Shown here: piece by piece, positions 1 to 13,611 of the stretch
Layout: each line of letters opens with the position of its first letter
How positions within the stretch are numbered: the stretch's first letter is position 1
Origin: Amoebidium appalachense
Taxonomy: Eukaryota > Protista > Ichthyosporea
Reading direction: 5' to 3'
Length of the DNA stretch: 64,000 nucleotides
NCBI GenBank assembly: GCA_963693365.1
Contig: CAVNZM010000002.1
Location: 7,966,454-8,030,453, forward strand
Position numbers and translations under genes: made by a program
Notes under the pieces: model-generated
The model's input: the letters and a program-made list of their open reading frames with translations, nothing else
Database searches by the model: none
Told to the model about the DNA's origin: nothing

Positions 1-502
1 CCCCCCCCCCCCCCCCCCCTTCCTTCCCAACAGGGGGTGTTTTCAGGCAAAATGTCCCCCCCCCCCCCCCCCCCCCCCCTCCCAACAGGGGGTGTTTTTA
101 GGCAAGATGTGAATGAGCTAAAATGCGAAGCACTACAAATAACATCAAGGTGTTCGGTATGGTTTTATTTTTAAGGAGGCATAGGTCCGATCTGTGTGTC
201 ACCGGTTTTATTTCGGTGGCTTTCCTACTGACAGCTCCTCGTAAGGGATAATTCCTGCCCTCCTCACCCACCACTCATCGTGTCATTTTATTTCCTGCTC
301 CCATTTCCCCGTCCCCATCACTTTTGAAGGGAGAGGGGGTTTTGGTGTGTGTGTGTGTGTGGTGGTAGGCGGGTGGGGGGAGGGGGGGGGGCCTGGGGGG
401 GAAGGGGAGGTCGTTCTCATGTTAAGCTAATGTAAAATGTGTGTTTTTGAAGCCACACGCTCTAATGCATGCACGTCTGAACATCTATTTCCCCCTCTGC
501 AG

Positions 503-664
503 GCACGCTGTGTGGTGGTGACTTCCCAGGGAACTAAACACGATGTCGTGTCCCGCGTTTTCGGACCAAGATGCGGCGTAAACGAGGCGTGAAATCCCCT
601 CTTCCCCCCCCCAACCCCCCCCCCCCCCCCCCCCCAAACGAAAGCCCCACCCTCCCGGCCCCCC

Positions 665-730
<66 letters not shown>

Positions 731-1473
731 CCTTCCCTCCCTCCCCACTACCCATACATAGGCGTGTGCGCGCATTTTGTCCACTGCCGCCATGACCATC
801 ATTAGCAACCCAACCTCTGTGTCACCAACTCGCACAGACACATATGCACCACCCACCACTGGTGTTCGGAATAGGCACATATACATGAATCCAAAAGTAG
901 AAAATCTGCGAGAGCTACTATTGGGGAAATGGCTAGATAGGTGTGTGGGTTTACAAGGAATTTTTAGTGAAGTGCTCGGTTGTATCTGGTTTGATGTTTA
1001 TCTGAGACCTATCTTCACTGATTACACTACACAAACTCTAAACAAATACTTTGAATGGACAAGGATGTGCACGGCCATTGAGTTGTTTCATGTTTGAAAT
1101 TAAAAATTAGCCCGTGATATCTTCCGTGTTTTTCTTCAAAGTGCATCGCGGGACACAGATGCGAGCTCGCGCGGCCAGACAATGCAAGTGCAAGCAACCG
1201 CACACACGTACACGAAAGCGCCACACAGACACATAGAACCCACATCCATGCTCATCTGTTAACACACAGGCATACCCTCACAGGCACACACAAGAAGGAT
1301 GTTGCAGACACACATACACTTATTCATCTCCCCCCCCCCCCCCCCCCCCCCCCCCACCGCCCCTAACTTCCCCCCCCAAACACACACACACACACACACA
1401 CACACAAATGCACATGCACATGCACATATGCACATGTACACTCACACCCTGGCACACGCATATGCGCACTCTG

Positions 1474-1554
<81 letters not shown>

Positions 1555-1668
1555 ACACAGGACCCTGTTACCGGCTCTGCCCACTGTGGTCTTGCCTGTT
1601 TCTGGTCGGGGCGCCTCAACAAAACCACCATGACGGCATTCCAGGTAGCCCTCCTGTCACCCCCCCCC

Positions 1669-1710
<42 letters not shown>

Positions 1711-1835
1711 AAAAAAAAAAAAAAAAGTGTGACAAACACTTCCGCCAGTAGAATCTCTTCCACTTCCCTACCCAACTTTCCACGGACAGTGTCCGTGTGT
1801 GTATGTGTTTGTGTGTGTGGGAGAGGGAGGTTTTT

Positions 1836-1867
<32 letters not shown>

Positions 1868-1904
1868 GGGGGAGGATGAAGGTGACTTCAAGGGTCCGAG
1901 TAAC

Positions 1905-1943
<39 letters not shown>

Positions 1944-2350
1944 ACGTGGGCCCTCTCTGAGGATGGGATCTGCTTATTATGCGTACTCTTTATGTATGGT
2001 TTGCATTCTGCATCGTGTTATCCGTTGTTCTTGTGTACTTCGTACTTTATGACGCATTCAAACCCCCCCCCCCCCCCCCCCCCCGACCTTTCACACACAC
2101 ACACAAACACACGCGCGCGCGCACATACACACACGCACACACACACACACGCACACACACGCACACACACACACACACACAGTCCTCACTTAAGAAGTGT
2201 GAGACATTTTTGCTTATGTACAATCTAACAAATATGCTATGCCCTATTGTCCTACGGAATCTGGCTCGTGCGCATAGCTGACTTGTGATGATTTCTATCC
2301 CTCCTCTTCGGCTTCTCACACAGCCGCTGGTGGTCTCACCCCTCTCTCTC

Positions 2351-2388
<38 letters not shown>

Positions 2389-2535
2389 TCTCTCTCCCCC
2401 CCCTCCCCCTCCCCCCTTCCCCCTCTCCGCCTCCCCCTCAACCTCTCCCCCCCCCCCCCCCCCCCTACACACACACATACACACAAAAAAAAACTACTCA
2501 TGCACGTGCAGACACACGCATACACAAACACACAC

Positions 2536-2595
<60 letters not shown>

Positions 2596-2705
2596 CGTCA
2601 GCACGCGGGGGCGAGCTAGTGATGACTCTGAAGGGGGACCGAGTCTTGCTGGTTGGGCAGAGTGTGGCAGTAACTAGGGGGGAGTACTTGGGCACAATTT
2701 ATTAA
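503..2705 (+). CDS. PhzF/PBLD-family (phenazine biosynthesis-like) isomerase, last three exons (503-586, 1561-1644, 2595-2705); upstream exons not identified
   Basis: Spliced translation [28 protein letters not shown]|[28 protein letters not shown]|[36 protein letters not shown] contains the PhzF signature SRxFxP..[12 protein letters not shown] and the Q.S.RGG motif. All junctions are phase 0; the first intron is GC-AG, the second GT-AG. Confidence 0.9.
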
Positions 2706-3014
2706 AATTCATTATACTTTATGTTAGGTTGTAAGATTCGGGTAATCTATACTAAAAATAGGTTTATTGATTACATGAATGATCTAAAGTAGTAGGGGGA
2801 CTTTATAAAACAATGTGCTATATCTAATTAGCGCCTGTTTACTTTCAGGCTTATCCATATAATGTTAAGCAGTATGTAGTAAATTACATCACGTGCTCGC
2901 CATAGTTCACATGGTTTTGGCCGTTCCTATGGACCTGTTGCAATCTGCATAGAAATGTTGTTCGTTTGGTAGGTTCAAAACTCATCTGTTCTGAGCACAG
3001 TTTTTTTTTTTTTT

Positions 3015-3045
<31 letters not shown>

Positions 3046-3414
3046 GGGGGCTGTATGCAAGCATGCGCACTACAAAGCTTGTTCTTTGAAAGGCAGGGGT
3101 CCAGGTTTGATTAGGTTGGCCTTTGTTGCAAATCTGGCAGTGTACATACGTGTTGGGTAGTAATACCTATGATGTACAGAATAAAAAACATGTGTCGTAC
3201 ATGAGTAAAAGCATGTGCCTTCTCCTCCCCCCCCCCCCCCCCCTCCCCCCCCCCCCCCCCCCCACCCGCCCCCTGCCCCCGTCCCTTGCAGCCCTATCCC
3301 TCTCCACTCTGTGACAACCTGCCTTACGTTTTATACAAATCCTTTCTCTCACTCACGTTTCGACTTGATATTTTCCCCTCAGAATTGTCAGCTTGCTCCC
3401 AGGAGCAACACTCC

Positions 3415-3448
<34 letters not shown>

Positions 3449-5152
3449 TCCTCCCCCCTCTGCCCCCTTCCTCCCAACCCCCTCCCGGGCCAAAAAAAAA
3501 AAACACTCACAGTTAAGTTCCTGGCCTGGACCGGATTTAGCCTTCCCCCTCCCCCCCCCCCCTCCCCCCCCTCCCCCCCCCCCCTCTCCCCCACACCCAC
3601 CCACCCTCCCGTCCCCTCCCCCGTTCCCCTCATTAGCCTCCCCCTCCCCTCCCTCCTCCCTCTCCTTCCCCTCTTCTCCTTTCCCCCCCCCTCCTTCCCC
3701 CTCCCTGCCCACCCATCACCCCAACCACCATCACACACACACACTAAAAAATGCTCCCCCCCCGCCCCCTCCCCCCCCCTCCTCGCCGCCGCCTCCCTTC
3801 TCACCACCACCACCATCACCGCCAACCCCCTCCCCCCTCCCCTCCCCCCCCCCCCCCCCTCCCCCCTTCCCTCCCTCCCATACAACCCGACAAGTTAGAG
3901 ACCCACGACTCTCCATCTTTGAAACTCTGCAAGTCCCTGGGTCTCTTTCGACAAGCATGCTACTTCTTATTGAGTTGCCCCTGCCCTCACCTCCTTCCCC
4001 CCTCCCCCCTCCCCCCCAACACAAATACACACGCACACACGCACGCACGCACACACGCACGCACACACGCACGCACGCACGCACGCACGCACGCACAGCC
4101 GATTTCACTTCCACGTACACACCCATACACATACACACCATCCAGGACGGCAACCAGAACCGCCATTACACAATACCACAAACGAAGATCGCGTAAGCTT
4201 ACCAGAAGCCTACACATTCTCTTCCTCTTATCCGCGGCGTTAAGGCAGAGTGAAGTGGCAATTGCATTTATTGGTGTCTTTCAGTTCGAATTCATCTCTT
4301 ACGGTCGGTCGCCTTGGCTCAGGTTGCCTCAAGTTTATTATTTCATGTTAAGTATTCTATCACAGGCAAACGGCCTTTTAACAGAGACTACCTGCCCTAA
4401 TGAATGAAGCATCCATATATGTAAGCAGAGCTAGTAGCTAAAACGGTGATCGATGCCGGGTTTGTGCCTGCAACTGTTTTAAAGTGACCTGCAACCTGCA
4501 ACTTGAATCACGCAAGATTATTTCTCAGTACCAAACGCGGGTGTCGCTGAACATCTCAAACCCAAAAAGTTCAACGATGTACCTTGCAGCCACGCTCTTG
4601 CACTTTTTGAAAATTGATTGCCCTCTCATTACGGAACAAGTCTTGTGGACAACATCAAATTTTTTCGTCAAAACAACTATGGGGTAGTACTTTCAGGTCA
4701 AAATGTAACATGTAACACGTGCACTCAGTATCACTGCACTGACGAGTCTGACACGCACATGCACATGCACATGCACCTGTCACCTACTGAGGTGACTCGT
4801 ATTTTTCCTTACACACACAGCGAACACTGGACTCTCGGGACCCTAGAGCCGCCGCGAGAGAAAGCATGCACGCGGTCGCGAGAGTGTAAGGAAAAATAGA
4901 TGGGTGTGAGGCGAACGTGAAGTTCAAAGCAGCCCAGGCACCGTCAGTACGTGCCAGCACATGCACGTACTCTGAGCGGTGTTACGCAATCGCGATCACG
5001 TGCGACGGTGCGAAAACAGGCCTAGGCGCCGGGCCGATGGCTTGCGCTCTACAAATGTGCGCGTATATTAGTGACATATGTGTGTGGCAAACAAAAACAA
5101 AAGATTACTACCAAAAGCAGGCTTAATACTGTTCTATTCTTCTCCCTTTAGG

Positions 5153-7969
5153 ATGGGAGATGAGTCGCGCGGCGCCAAGCGGCCAAAGATGATGTCCGAT
5201 GCAGACAGTTTCGACCCAACACCGGTACACAGCTTTAACTGGACCGACAAAAACGTGTTTTACAGCATCCAGAATGGGAGCATTTCAGCTGAAAAGCTGT
5301 TTGATCGCCCAAACACCTTCGCTATTTTAGATCACAACCCACTCACACCGGGGCACACGCTCGTTATTACAAAACATCACGTTTCCAACTTTGTAGATGG
5401 GCTCCCTGGTGATGCCTTTGGCTCAACTCTCCAGGATGTCCAGGTCATGGTTCAAGCTGTCCAGAAAGCGACTGGATGTTTGGGTGTTAGTGTGCGCCAG
5501 AACAGTGGGCCTGCGGCCGGACAAACAGTTAGGCAACTCCACTTTCACGTCATTCCCACAAACGCGCCGCTCAAAAACGAAGGTTGCGGTCGTCTACCAG
5601 ACAACGTAACCAGCCCACTTGTGGCGAAGATTAGAAATATGTTGCCAGAGGAGTATTCAGGTGAAGGTTTCCACGCGTGGATCCCGTCGGTAGAAGCAAT
5701 GGAAGAGCTTGGAATGCTTTTGCAATCTGTGTGCATTCCCGGAACCGCTATCCTTCTAAACGGGCAGCTAGGGAGTGGGAAAACGTCCATATCTCGCGGT
5801 GTAGTTCGAGCGCACTGCAAAGACCCAGACATGTTTGTTCCATCACCCACGTTTCTTCTCAATCTTTCCTACGAAGAAGACACGAGCCACGAGCAGAAAG
5901 CAGCACCGATGGATGGCGAAACAGCGGGCAGTGCGATTTCTGGACGCACCGTGCATCACATGGACCCCTACCGCCTTGGCACTAAATCGGAAAAAATGGC
6001 AGGATTAATTGACTTTGCCAGTGCGTTCGAGAACGACGTCTGTGTCATTGAGTGGCCAACGAAAAATGCCCAAATCGGTCCTGGACTTACCGCGCAGGCA
6101 AACCATCGAGGTGTCCATCTCCGGTATGGGAGCACAGGCTGTGGGCAGGCATGTTCACGTTCGAGTGATTGGTGAAAGTTCGGGCCCGGCAAAAGCCATG
6201 TTCGCGAAATGGCGGCAGGAATCGACTCTCCCAACGCCAAACGTAGGGTGGAGGAAAGGGAATGCGGGGGCAGGGCGGACGGCCTTTGTTGTTCGACGCA
6301 TTGGCAGCCATGTCTGGCCCACCCGAAAACATCATCGTGCTGGGCATTGAGAGTAGTTGTGATGACACGGCAGCAGCGGTGGTGCGCGGCGACGGCACGG
6401 TGCTGGCGCATAGAATCGCTTCACAGGTAGGGCCAGACTCGCGTAGGAAAGGGTTAAAGGTTTCTTGGAAAAGGGCTAAAGGTAGCTGTGTGAAAAGACC
6501 TTGAAAGAAGAACGAAGGAGTGAGAGGGGGGTATGGAGTGAGGGGGGGGGGGGGGGGGAGGGATGGGGGAGGGGGTGAGGGAGTGAGATGGTGAGGAGAG
6601 GGTGTTGGGTGTGTGTGGGGGGGGGGGGGGGAGGGGGGGGGGGGGGCTGCATTCTTTTGGGGGTGGGCGAGGGGGAAGGTGGAGAGGGGAAGGGGGAGGG
6701 GGAAGGGAGTGAGAGGGGGGAGGAGTAGGGAGGGGGGGAGGGGAGGGGGGAGGGGAAGGGGGGAGGGAGTGAGAGAGGATGGGGTGTGTGGGTGGGGAGG
6801 GGGGGGGGGGGGGGGGGGGGCAAAGAGGATGTGAGAGAAACTTAACAGAGGAGTGTGTGCTATGAGAGAGACATCAAGGGGCGGTGAGTGGGAAGGGTGA
6901 TGGGATGTGTATTTGCACACAACACACACGAACACACACTAGCAGATGTGCACATGCACAGATTTGCAGGTATACACATGCGCATACATGCAAAGACACA
7001 AGACACACACACACACACACGTACGCCTTCGTATACACAAGTGCATGAAGATATCTGGGCATACCACATCATCCTTTTCTTCACACACATACGTGCACGT
7101 GCACATACATTCAAGTGCACATACACATATGCAGGTACAAGCAAGCACGCACGCTTTCACGCAGGCAAGCACACCCACACGCACACAAAATCATACACAC
7201 CCGTACAGCCATTCGGACAATACACACTTAAACACACACACCTATACTTACAAACACACAACTTACACACACGTACGCACGCATACACACACGTACACGC
7301 ACAGGCGTGCGCACACACATGTACACACACCATACACGTATAATTACAGACTGACAACTTACACACACGTACAAACCCACACACACACACACGTACACAC
7401 ACCCACATACCCCCCCTCCCCCCTCCCCCCCCCTCCCCCCTCCCTACCCCACCCTCCTGCCCCCACCCACACACACACATACACACGTGTACACACACAC
7501 ACACACACACGTACACACGTACACACGCAGACAGGCCTACACGAGCAGTATGGGGGTGTTAAGCCCGACGTAGCACGTGATGCGCATGCAGCAGCCATCA
7601 CCTCGACTGTGGATGGCTGCCTGGCCCAGGCAGGCATCGGCCCAGACCAGCTCACGGCTGTGGCTGTCACTATGGGCCCTGGGTTGTCCCTGTGTCTGCA
7701 GGTACGTGTGGGTGTGGGTGTTTGCGCGGCGGGGGGGGGGGGGGGGGGGGGGGGGGATTTTTGTTTGTGTTTTTGTTTTTTGCTTTTGTAAGGGGAGACG
7801 GAAGGGGAGGGGGGTGGGGGGGGGGGTTGCCTTTCTCTATGTTTGTATGTTTTTCTACAAGAACGGGCCTTCTCTTTTCATATTCTTTCTTTTTTTCTTT
7901 CTTTCCTTCTTCTTCTTCTTCTTTTTTTTTGGGGGGGGGGGGGGGGGGGGGGGGGGAGGGGGGGGGGGT

Positions 7970-8001
<32 letters not shown>

Positions 8002-8635
8002 GGCAGGGGGAGAGGTGACTGGGCTTGTAGACCAGTTGATGCAAAAAGGGTGTGTTGGTTTGGTTTGGTGGGTGGGAGGGATGGGGGGGGGGGGGGGGGG
8101 GGGAGGGGGGGGGGGATTGTGAGTGAGAGGTGTGGGCTGGAAGGGAGGGGTGGAGGGGTACCTAGAGCCTCAGGGAGGGGCTGGTGGGGGGGTGAGGGGG
8201 ATAAGGGAAGGAGATGAGAGGGGGGAAACGGGAAATGCTAGACTGGCTGGGGGGTGGGGGGGGGGGGGGGGGGGGGGGGGTTGATGTAATTGATTAACAG
8301 TGTTTTTTGGGGCTGTCTATGATAGAATTGTTGAAGTGGAAGAGTTCAGAAGAAGGGTTGGAGGAGGGGGGGGGGGAGGGGGGGGGGGGGGGATGGATGT
8401 GGTCTAGGGTGGGGAAGGGGCGGGGGTAGGGGGGAATATACGTGGGTCTGGGGGCAACCAAAACTCACAACGGCTCTCTTTACCACCTCCTCACACGCTC
8501 CCACACATGCATACAGCTCCTACACACCTTAGCCCCCTTCCCCCTCCCCCGTCCCTCCCCTCCCCCCCCCCCCCCCCCCCCCCCAATCTTCTTTTCCTTG
8601 TATTCACGTGTGAACCGCCGACGCACCCACGCACA

Positions 8636-8668
<33 letters not shown>

Positions 8669-9294
8669 CACATACACACACACCTCCCCTCCACTCCCCC
8701 TCCTGCCTCCCCCCCCTCTCCGCACACACACACCCACACACGTGTACACATGTACACGTGCAAACACACGTACACACACACGCAGGTTGGTGTGCGGCAT
8801 GCCATGCAGCTAGCAGCCACGTACCGCAAGCCCCTAGTGCCCGTACACCACATGGAGGCCCATGCCCTCATGGCCCGTATGCCCGGAGTCAATAGTCAGC
8901 CATTGGACTTCCCTGCACTGCTGTTGCTGGTGTCAGGGGGACATAACATGCTGGTATGGGGGATGGGTGGGTGGGTGAGGGGGATGGGTGGGTGGGTGGG
9001 TTGGTGAGGGGATGGGTGGGCGGGTGGGTGGTTGGTGTGTGTGTGTGTGGGGGGGGGGGTTGGTTGGTTGGTGGGTGGCTGAAGGTTGGTGGGTTGGGCG
9101 GGTGGGTTACCGAGGGTTGGTGGGTTGTTTAAGCGGGGGGGGGGGGGGGGGGATATGGATGAGTGTGGGGGGGAAGTATTGGAGGGGGGTGGGGAGGGAT
9201 CGCGGGGGGGGGGGGGGGGGGGGGGCTGGTGAATGGGGGTGCATGGGTGGGTGGGTTTCCTTCGTTCCCTCCCTGTCTTTTGGCTGAAAAGCCA

Positions 9295-9332
<38 letters not shown>

Positions 9333-10941
9333 ACACACACACACACACACTCAAATTTTTAGGTTTGCTTCTTTGCCATGTGGCCCTGCCCTCTTTTTGC
9401 ATTCTCCCACCCACCCCTTTCTGCTTCGTTTTCTATTTCTCCCCTTTTCCGTGGTTCCAAGACCCTCAAGTGTCAACCAGTTCACCAATCACCTGCCTTG
9501 ATTTTTTTTTTTTTCGTGAATTGCGCACTATGTACATGGGAGGAGCTTTCCACAGCGTCTTTATATATATATAATTCTGGATGTTCCGTTTCAACACAAA
9601 CCAGCTTCCTCCCCCCCTTCCCCCCTCCCCCCCCCCCCCCCCCCCTCCCCCCCCCTGCCCCCCTTCCCCGTAACCGTTTTCTTGATGTTCCACCTGACTT
9701 AAGACCCCTTTCCTCCCGGCTCTGCTTATGACGCATACTGTGCACATGGCTGATGTTGCATACTTGAATGTTTGCCTTTGCATGTGTCCTGCACCATGCT
9801 TCTCGTCGTGTATGCGTACTTTGTACCGTGTTCCGCATTCAAAACCCCCCCAGTCTTCTTTCAGAGGTGTCCTTTCAGGACAGACCACTGTGTGGAGACC
9901 GCTTTACTTCCATGCAACCGGGCATGGTTGCTCTGTGTCGTGCATCTGTAAGCACATACACATTTTTCGCTGCACTGCATTAGTTTGCACACACATCTTC
10001 ACCGTTTTGCTCACCTTGCTTGCATAAGCAACCCTGCTCGTCTTTGATCAAGACGGGTTGACCCGCCCAAGCTCAGTTGATGCTGCTGTCTGAGTTGGAG
10101 TGTCGTATATACGCGGGCTAAGGGGTCGAAACTCAGACGCAATTGATGACTTGGGTCCTCCCTGAGGATGGGCTCTGCTTATGACGCATACTGTGCACAT
10201 GGCTGATGTTGCATACTTGAATGTTTGCCTTTGCATGTGTCCTGCACCATGCTTCTCGTCGTGTATGCGTACTTTGTACCGTGTTCCGCATTCAAAAACC
10301 ACCCCCCCCCCCCCCCCCCCCCCCCTTTCCCCCCACCCCACCCATCCCTCCCCTCCCCTCCCCGTCTCCAACCAGGTGAAGTGTGAGGGGGTTGGTCGCC
10401 ACCAAATCCTAGGCACCACCATCGATGACTCAGTGGGCGAAGCATTTGATAAAACCGCCCGCCTTCTCGGGATTTCAGCAATTCCGGGGGGACCCCAACT
10501 CGAGGCTCTAGCTGGCCAGGCCACACCCGAACAGACTGCGCGGTACAAAAACAAACTGCCCATGCCCTTGAGAAACGACAAAAACTCGTGTAATTTTTCG
10601 TTTTCCGGAATCAAGTCGGCGGTGGCGTCGCTGATTGAGAGCGAGTTGGCGCGGGTGGAGGGGGATGCGGTGGAGATGGAAAAGTGAGTTTGTGTGTGTG
10701 CGTGTGTGTGTAATTGTGTGTGTGTGTAGGTGGGCGGGTGTGGGTAGATCGGGGGGGGGGGGGGGGGGGGGGTGGGGGGAGAATGGGAGGGGGCAGTGGG
10801 CGGGTGGGTTGGTGGGTGGGGGGGAAGGAGAGGGGGGAGAGACGGGGGGTTGGCTGGCTGGGTGGATGGCTGTGGGTGTAGGTGTGGGTGGGAAGGTGGG
10901 TAGTTGTAGGGGTGAGTATTTTTTATTTTTTTATTTTTTAT

Positions 10942-10984
<43 letters not shown>

Positions 10985-10994
10985 GGGGGGGAGG

Positions 10995-11025
<31 letters not shown>

Positions 11026-11146
11026 AGGGGGGGGGGGAGGGGGGAAGTGGGAAGGATTGGCGCTGTAGGGCAAGAGGGGACGGCTGGAAGACAGTGTTCG
11101 GTGTGTGAGATTTTCTTTTGATTTTTCCCTCCCATTGGGGTGGAGT

Positions 11147-11185
<39 letters not shown>

Positions 11186-12420
11186 CTGTGGTTATGTTTG
11201 AGTTGTAGATTGTGCTCGTCTCGGTGGATTGGTTGCTGGGTAGGTTAGGGTGGGTGGATGGGTAAATGGGTGGATGGTTAAATGAGTGGATGGGTAGATG
11301 GGTGGGTGGGTGGGTGGATGGTTAAATGGGTGGATAGGTTTGTGTGTGCGCCTGTGTGTGTCCATGTCTTTGCTTGAATGTGCTCGTGCGTGTGTCAAAC
11401 ATGGCTGGTAGTTTTAGTTGGTGTGTGGCTCTTTCTTAACATGCTGTGGCCGAGTGGTGATACCCGTGAAGATGTGCCCGGTTCATGTTTCATTCTGGCA
11501 TGTGACTAAAGTCACGTGTGTTTTGCCTGTCTGCAATGGCTCTGCCCCTTCCTCTTCTTTTATGTTTCGTAGCCCTATTGCCTAGACTGAGTTCTAACAC
11601 ATCCTTCCCCCCCCCCCCCCACACACACACACACACACACACCACACACACGTGCACACACAGACACCACTCGCGCCCCCCGCCTCCCCCATCACCACAC
11701 ACCCACGTGTGGGCAGGCCCGCACACCCACACCCACCCACACGCACGCACAGACCAACACACAGACACACACCCACATACTCCCCCCCTCCCCTCCCCTT
11801 ACATACACACACTCACAACACTCCGCCCCCCTCCCCCATACACACTTCTCATCCCCCCCCCCCCCCCTTCCCCCGCCACCCACACACACACAACCCTCGC
11901 CTCCCCTCCATCTCCATCCCTCCCCCCCTCCCCCCACCCCCACCCTCCGCCCACCCCCCGTCCCCCATCCCCCACTCAACACACACACACACCCCCCAGG
12001 CTCAAGCCAGGCATAGCGGCTGTGTTCCAAGACCTCTGTGTCCGTTTCCTCTGCGAACGAACCGAACGAGCCCTTGCCCGGTGTGCCGACGATTCGGTCC
12101 AACTCGGCCAGCCAATGGTACGAAGCCTCGTGGTTGCCGGGGGAGTCGCAGCCAATCAGGCGGTGCGGAACGCTCTCACGGCTTCCGCGGCGAAACTTGG
12201 AATCCCGTGTGTGTGCCCCCCCGTGAAATTTTGCACGGACAATGGGTTGATGGTGGCGTGGACAGGGTTTGAAAGACTTCGGCTGGGGCTGTATAGGCAC
12301 CCCCCTACGATGGCTGAAGTTGAAAGTGCGGTGGAAGTGTTGCCGAGGTGGCCTCTGGGCCCAGTGGATGTGAGGGGGATGGATAAGAAGGCAGAGAAAC
12401 ACCTGAAGTTGATGCACTGA
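5153..12420 (+). CDS. Putative fusion: HIT-family nucleotide hydrolase + TsaE (YjeE) P-loop ATPase + TsaD/Qri7 (OSGEPL1-type) t6A transferase. Exons 5153-6426 (two +1 frame breaks near 6059 and 6243-6273), 7531-7701, 8786-8953, 10376-10683, 12000-12420
   Basis: HIT: [14 protein letters not shown]...[19 protein letters not shown]. TsaE: [30 protein letters not shown]. TsaD: [85 protein letters not shown]. The four GT-AG introns within the TsaD part have compatible phases. Domain identities are secure; translation as one polypeptide is inferred. Confidence 0.8.
9718..10298 (+). repeat. Two near-identical copies (9718-9844, 10163-10298) of a ~130-bp interspersed repeat; diverged relatives at ~1958-2062, 18081-18129, 21601-21683, 24533-24585, 24676-24772, 26945-27045
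   Basis: Shared GG(ATG)GGCTCTGCTTATG start and ...GTACCGTGTTCCGCATTCAAA-like end, seen by eye. All copies are on the + strand and most run into a C tract. Confidence 0.7.
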
Positions 12421-13402
12421 GAGGGTGTACGTGTGTGCGTGTGTGTGTGGTTCCATTTTTCCCTTTTCTTTTTTTTTTTTTTTTTTTTTTCCCTCTTTTT
12501 TTGTGGGGTGGGGGGGGGTACGTTCGTGTCGTTCGGTAATTGTTGTTCCCTGTCTGTATTTAGAAACATAGCACACCTGCTCACGTGTTTGGTTCAGGAT
12601 GATTTCTTACACTTTCTTTGTTTGTTGGTTTGTTTGTTTTCTGAATGCGTGAGTGTGTGTATATGTGTATGTGTATGTGGGGAGAGGGGGGGAGGGGGGG
12701 GGGGGGGGGGGGAGGGGGGGGGGGGGGGGGGGGGGACGTGTGGGTTTGCGGTTGATGATGTGAATGGGTGGTGTCTAGAAAGGATGTGTGTTCAAAGAAG
12801 AGTATACCCACATAGCTACACACAGCATGTAGTGCGCTGTTCTTGGAATCATAGATGGAATTATGTATCCCGGCCATTTAGTTGGTGCTGTGATAGTGGT
12901 TGAGAATTCTGAAAAATAAAAACTGGAAGAAATCGAACCCCTGTGGGGTGGAAGGAGATTTAAATTATAGCTGCAATCGGGATGGACTTGCAGACGCTCC
13001 TTGTAAGCTTGGTCTGAACACCTGTGTGTTTAATGGAAATTCACGCTGCTGCGCTGCTTCCCCTTCATTTTCCCCTCTGCAAATGCCACATCATGATCTG
13101 AGATGCCACCTGGGGGAGTCAAGGCCTTGCTTCTAAACAGGAAGCCCCCTGGGCCAGGTGTATGTATTTGAACTGGTCCACTCTACTTATTAATACACTT
13201 TATACAACACGTGTATGCACCTTCGAATTAATGCCAGCCTCCCCCCCCCCCCCCCCCCCCCTCCTTCCCCTAGCTCGTCCCTCCCTGTCGCCCCTTCCTT
13301 TCTAGGCCTCCCTCTTCTATGTACTCTCCCCCCCCCCCCCCCCCCCCCCCCCCACACCCCACACACACCCCACACACACACTCACACACACACACGCCAA
13401 CA

Positions 13403-13437
<35 letters not shown>

Positions 13438-13611
13438 GTGTACCCCACCGTGTCTGTGATGTTCAACCCCTTATGATTCACGGCACCACATGCACACACC
13501 TTTTTTCCATGGTTCAATTGTGTTTACTACACCATTGCCTTGATAGGGCAAATATCTGCAGCTGCCGGCATGCCATGATGATATGCATAGCACACGTGCA
13601 TCCCCCAGTGC

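Noticed and set aside
427-4407. Numerous 60-270 aa ORFs rich in HT/CV/P/G (also throughout the window)
   Set aside because: They are translations of (CA)n, (GT)n and poly-C/G tracts, which lack stop codons; only the embedded exons are real.
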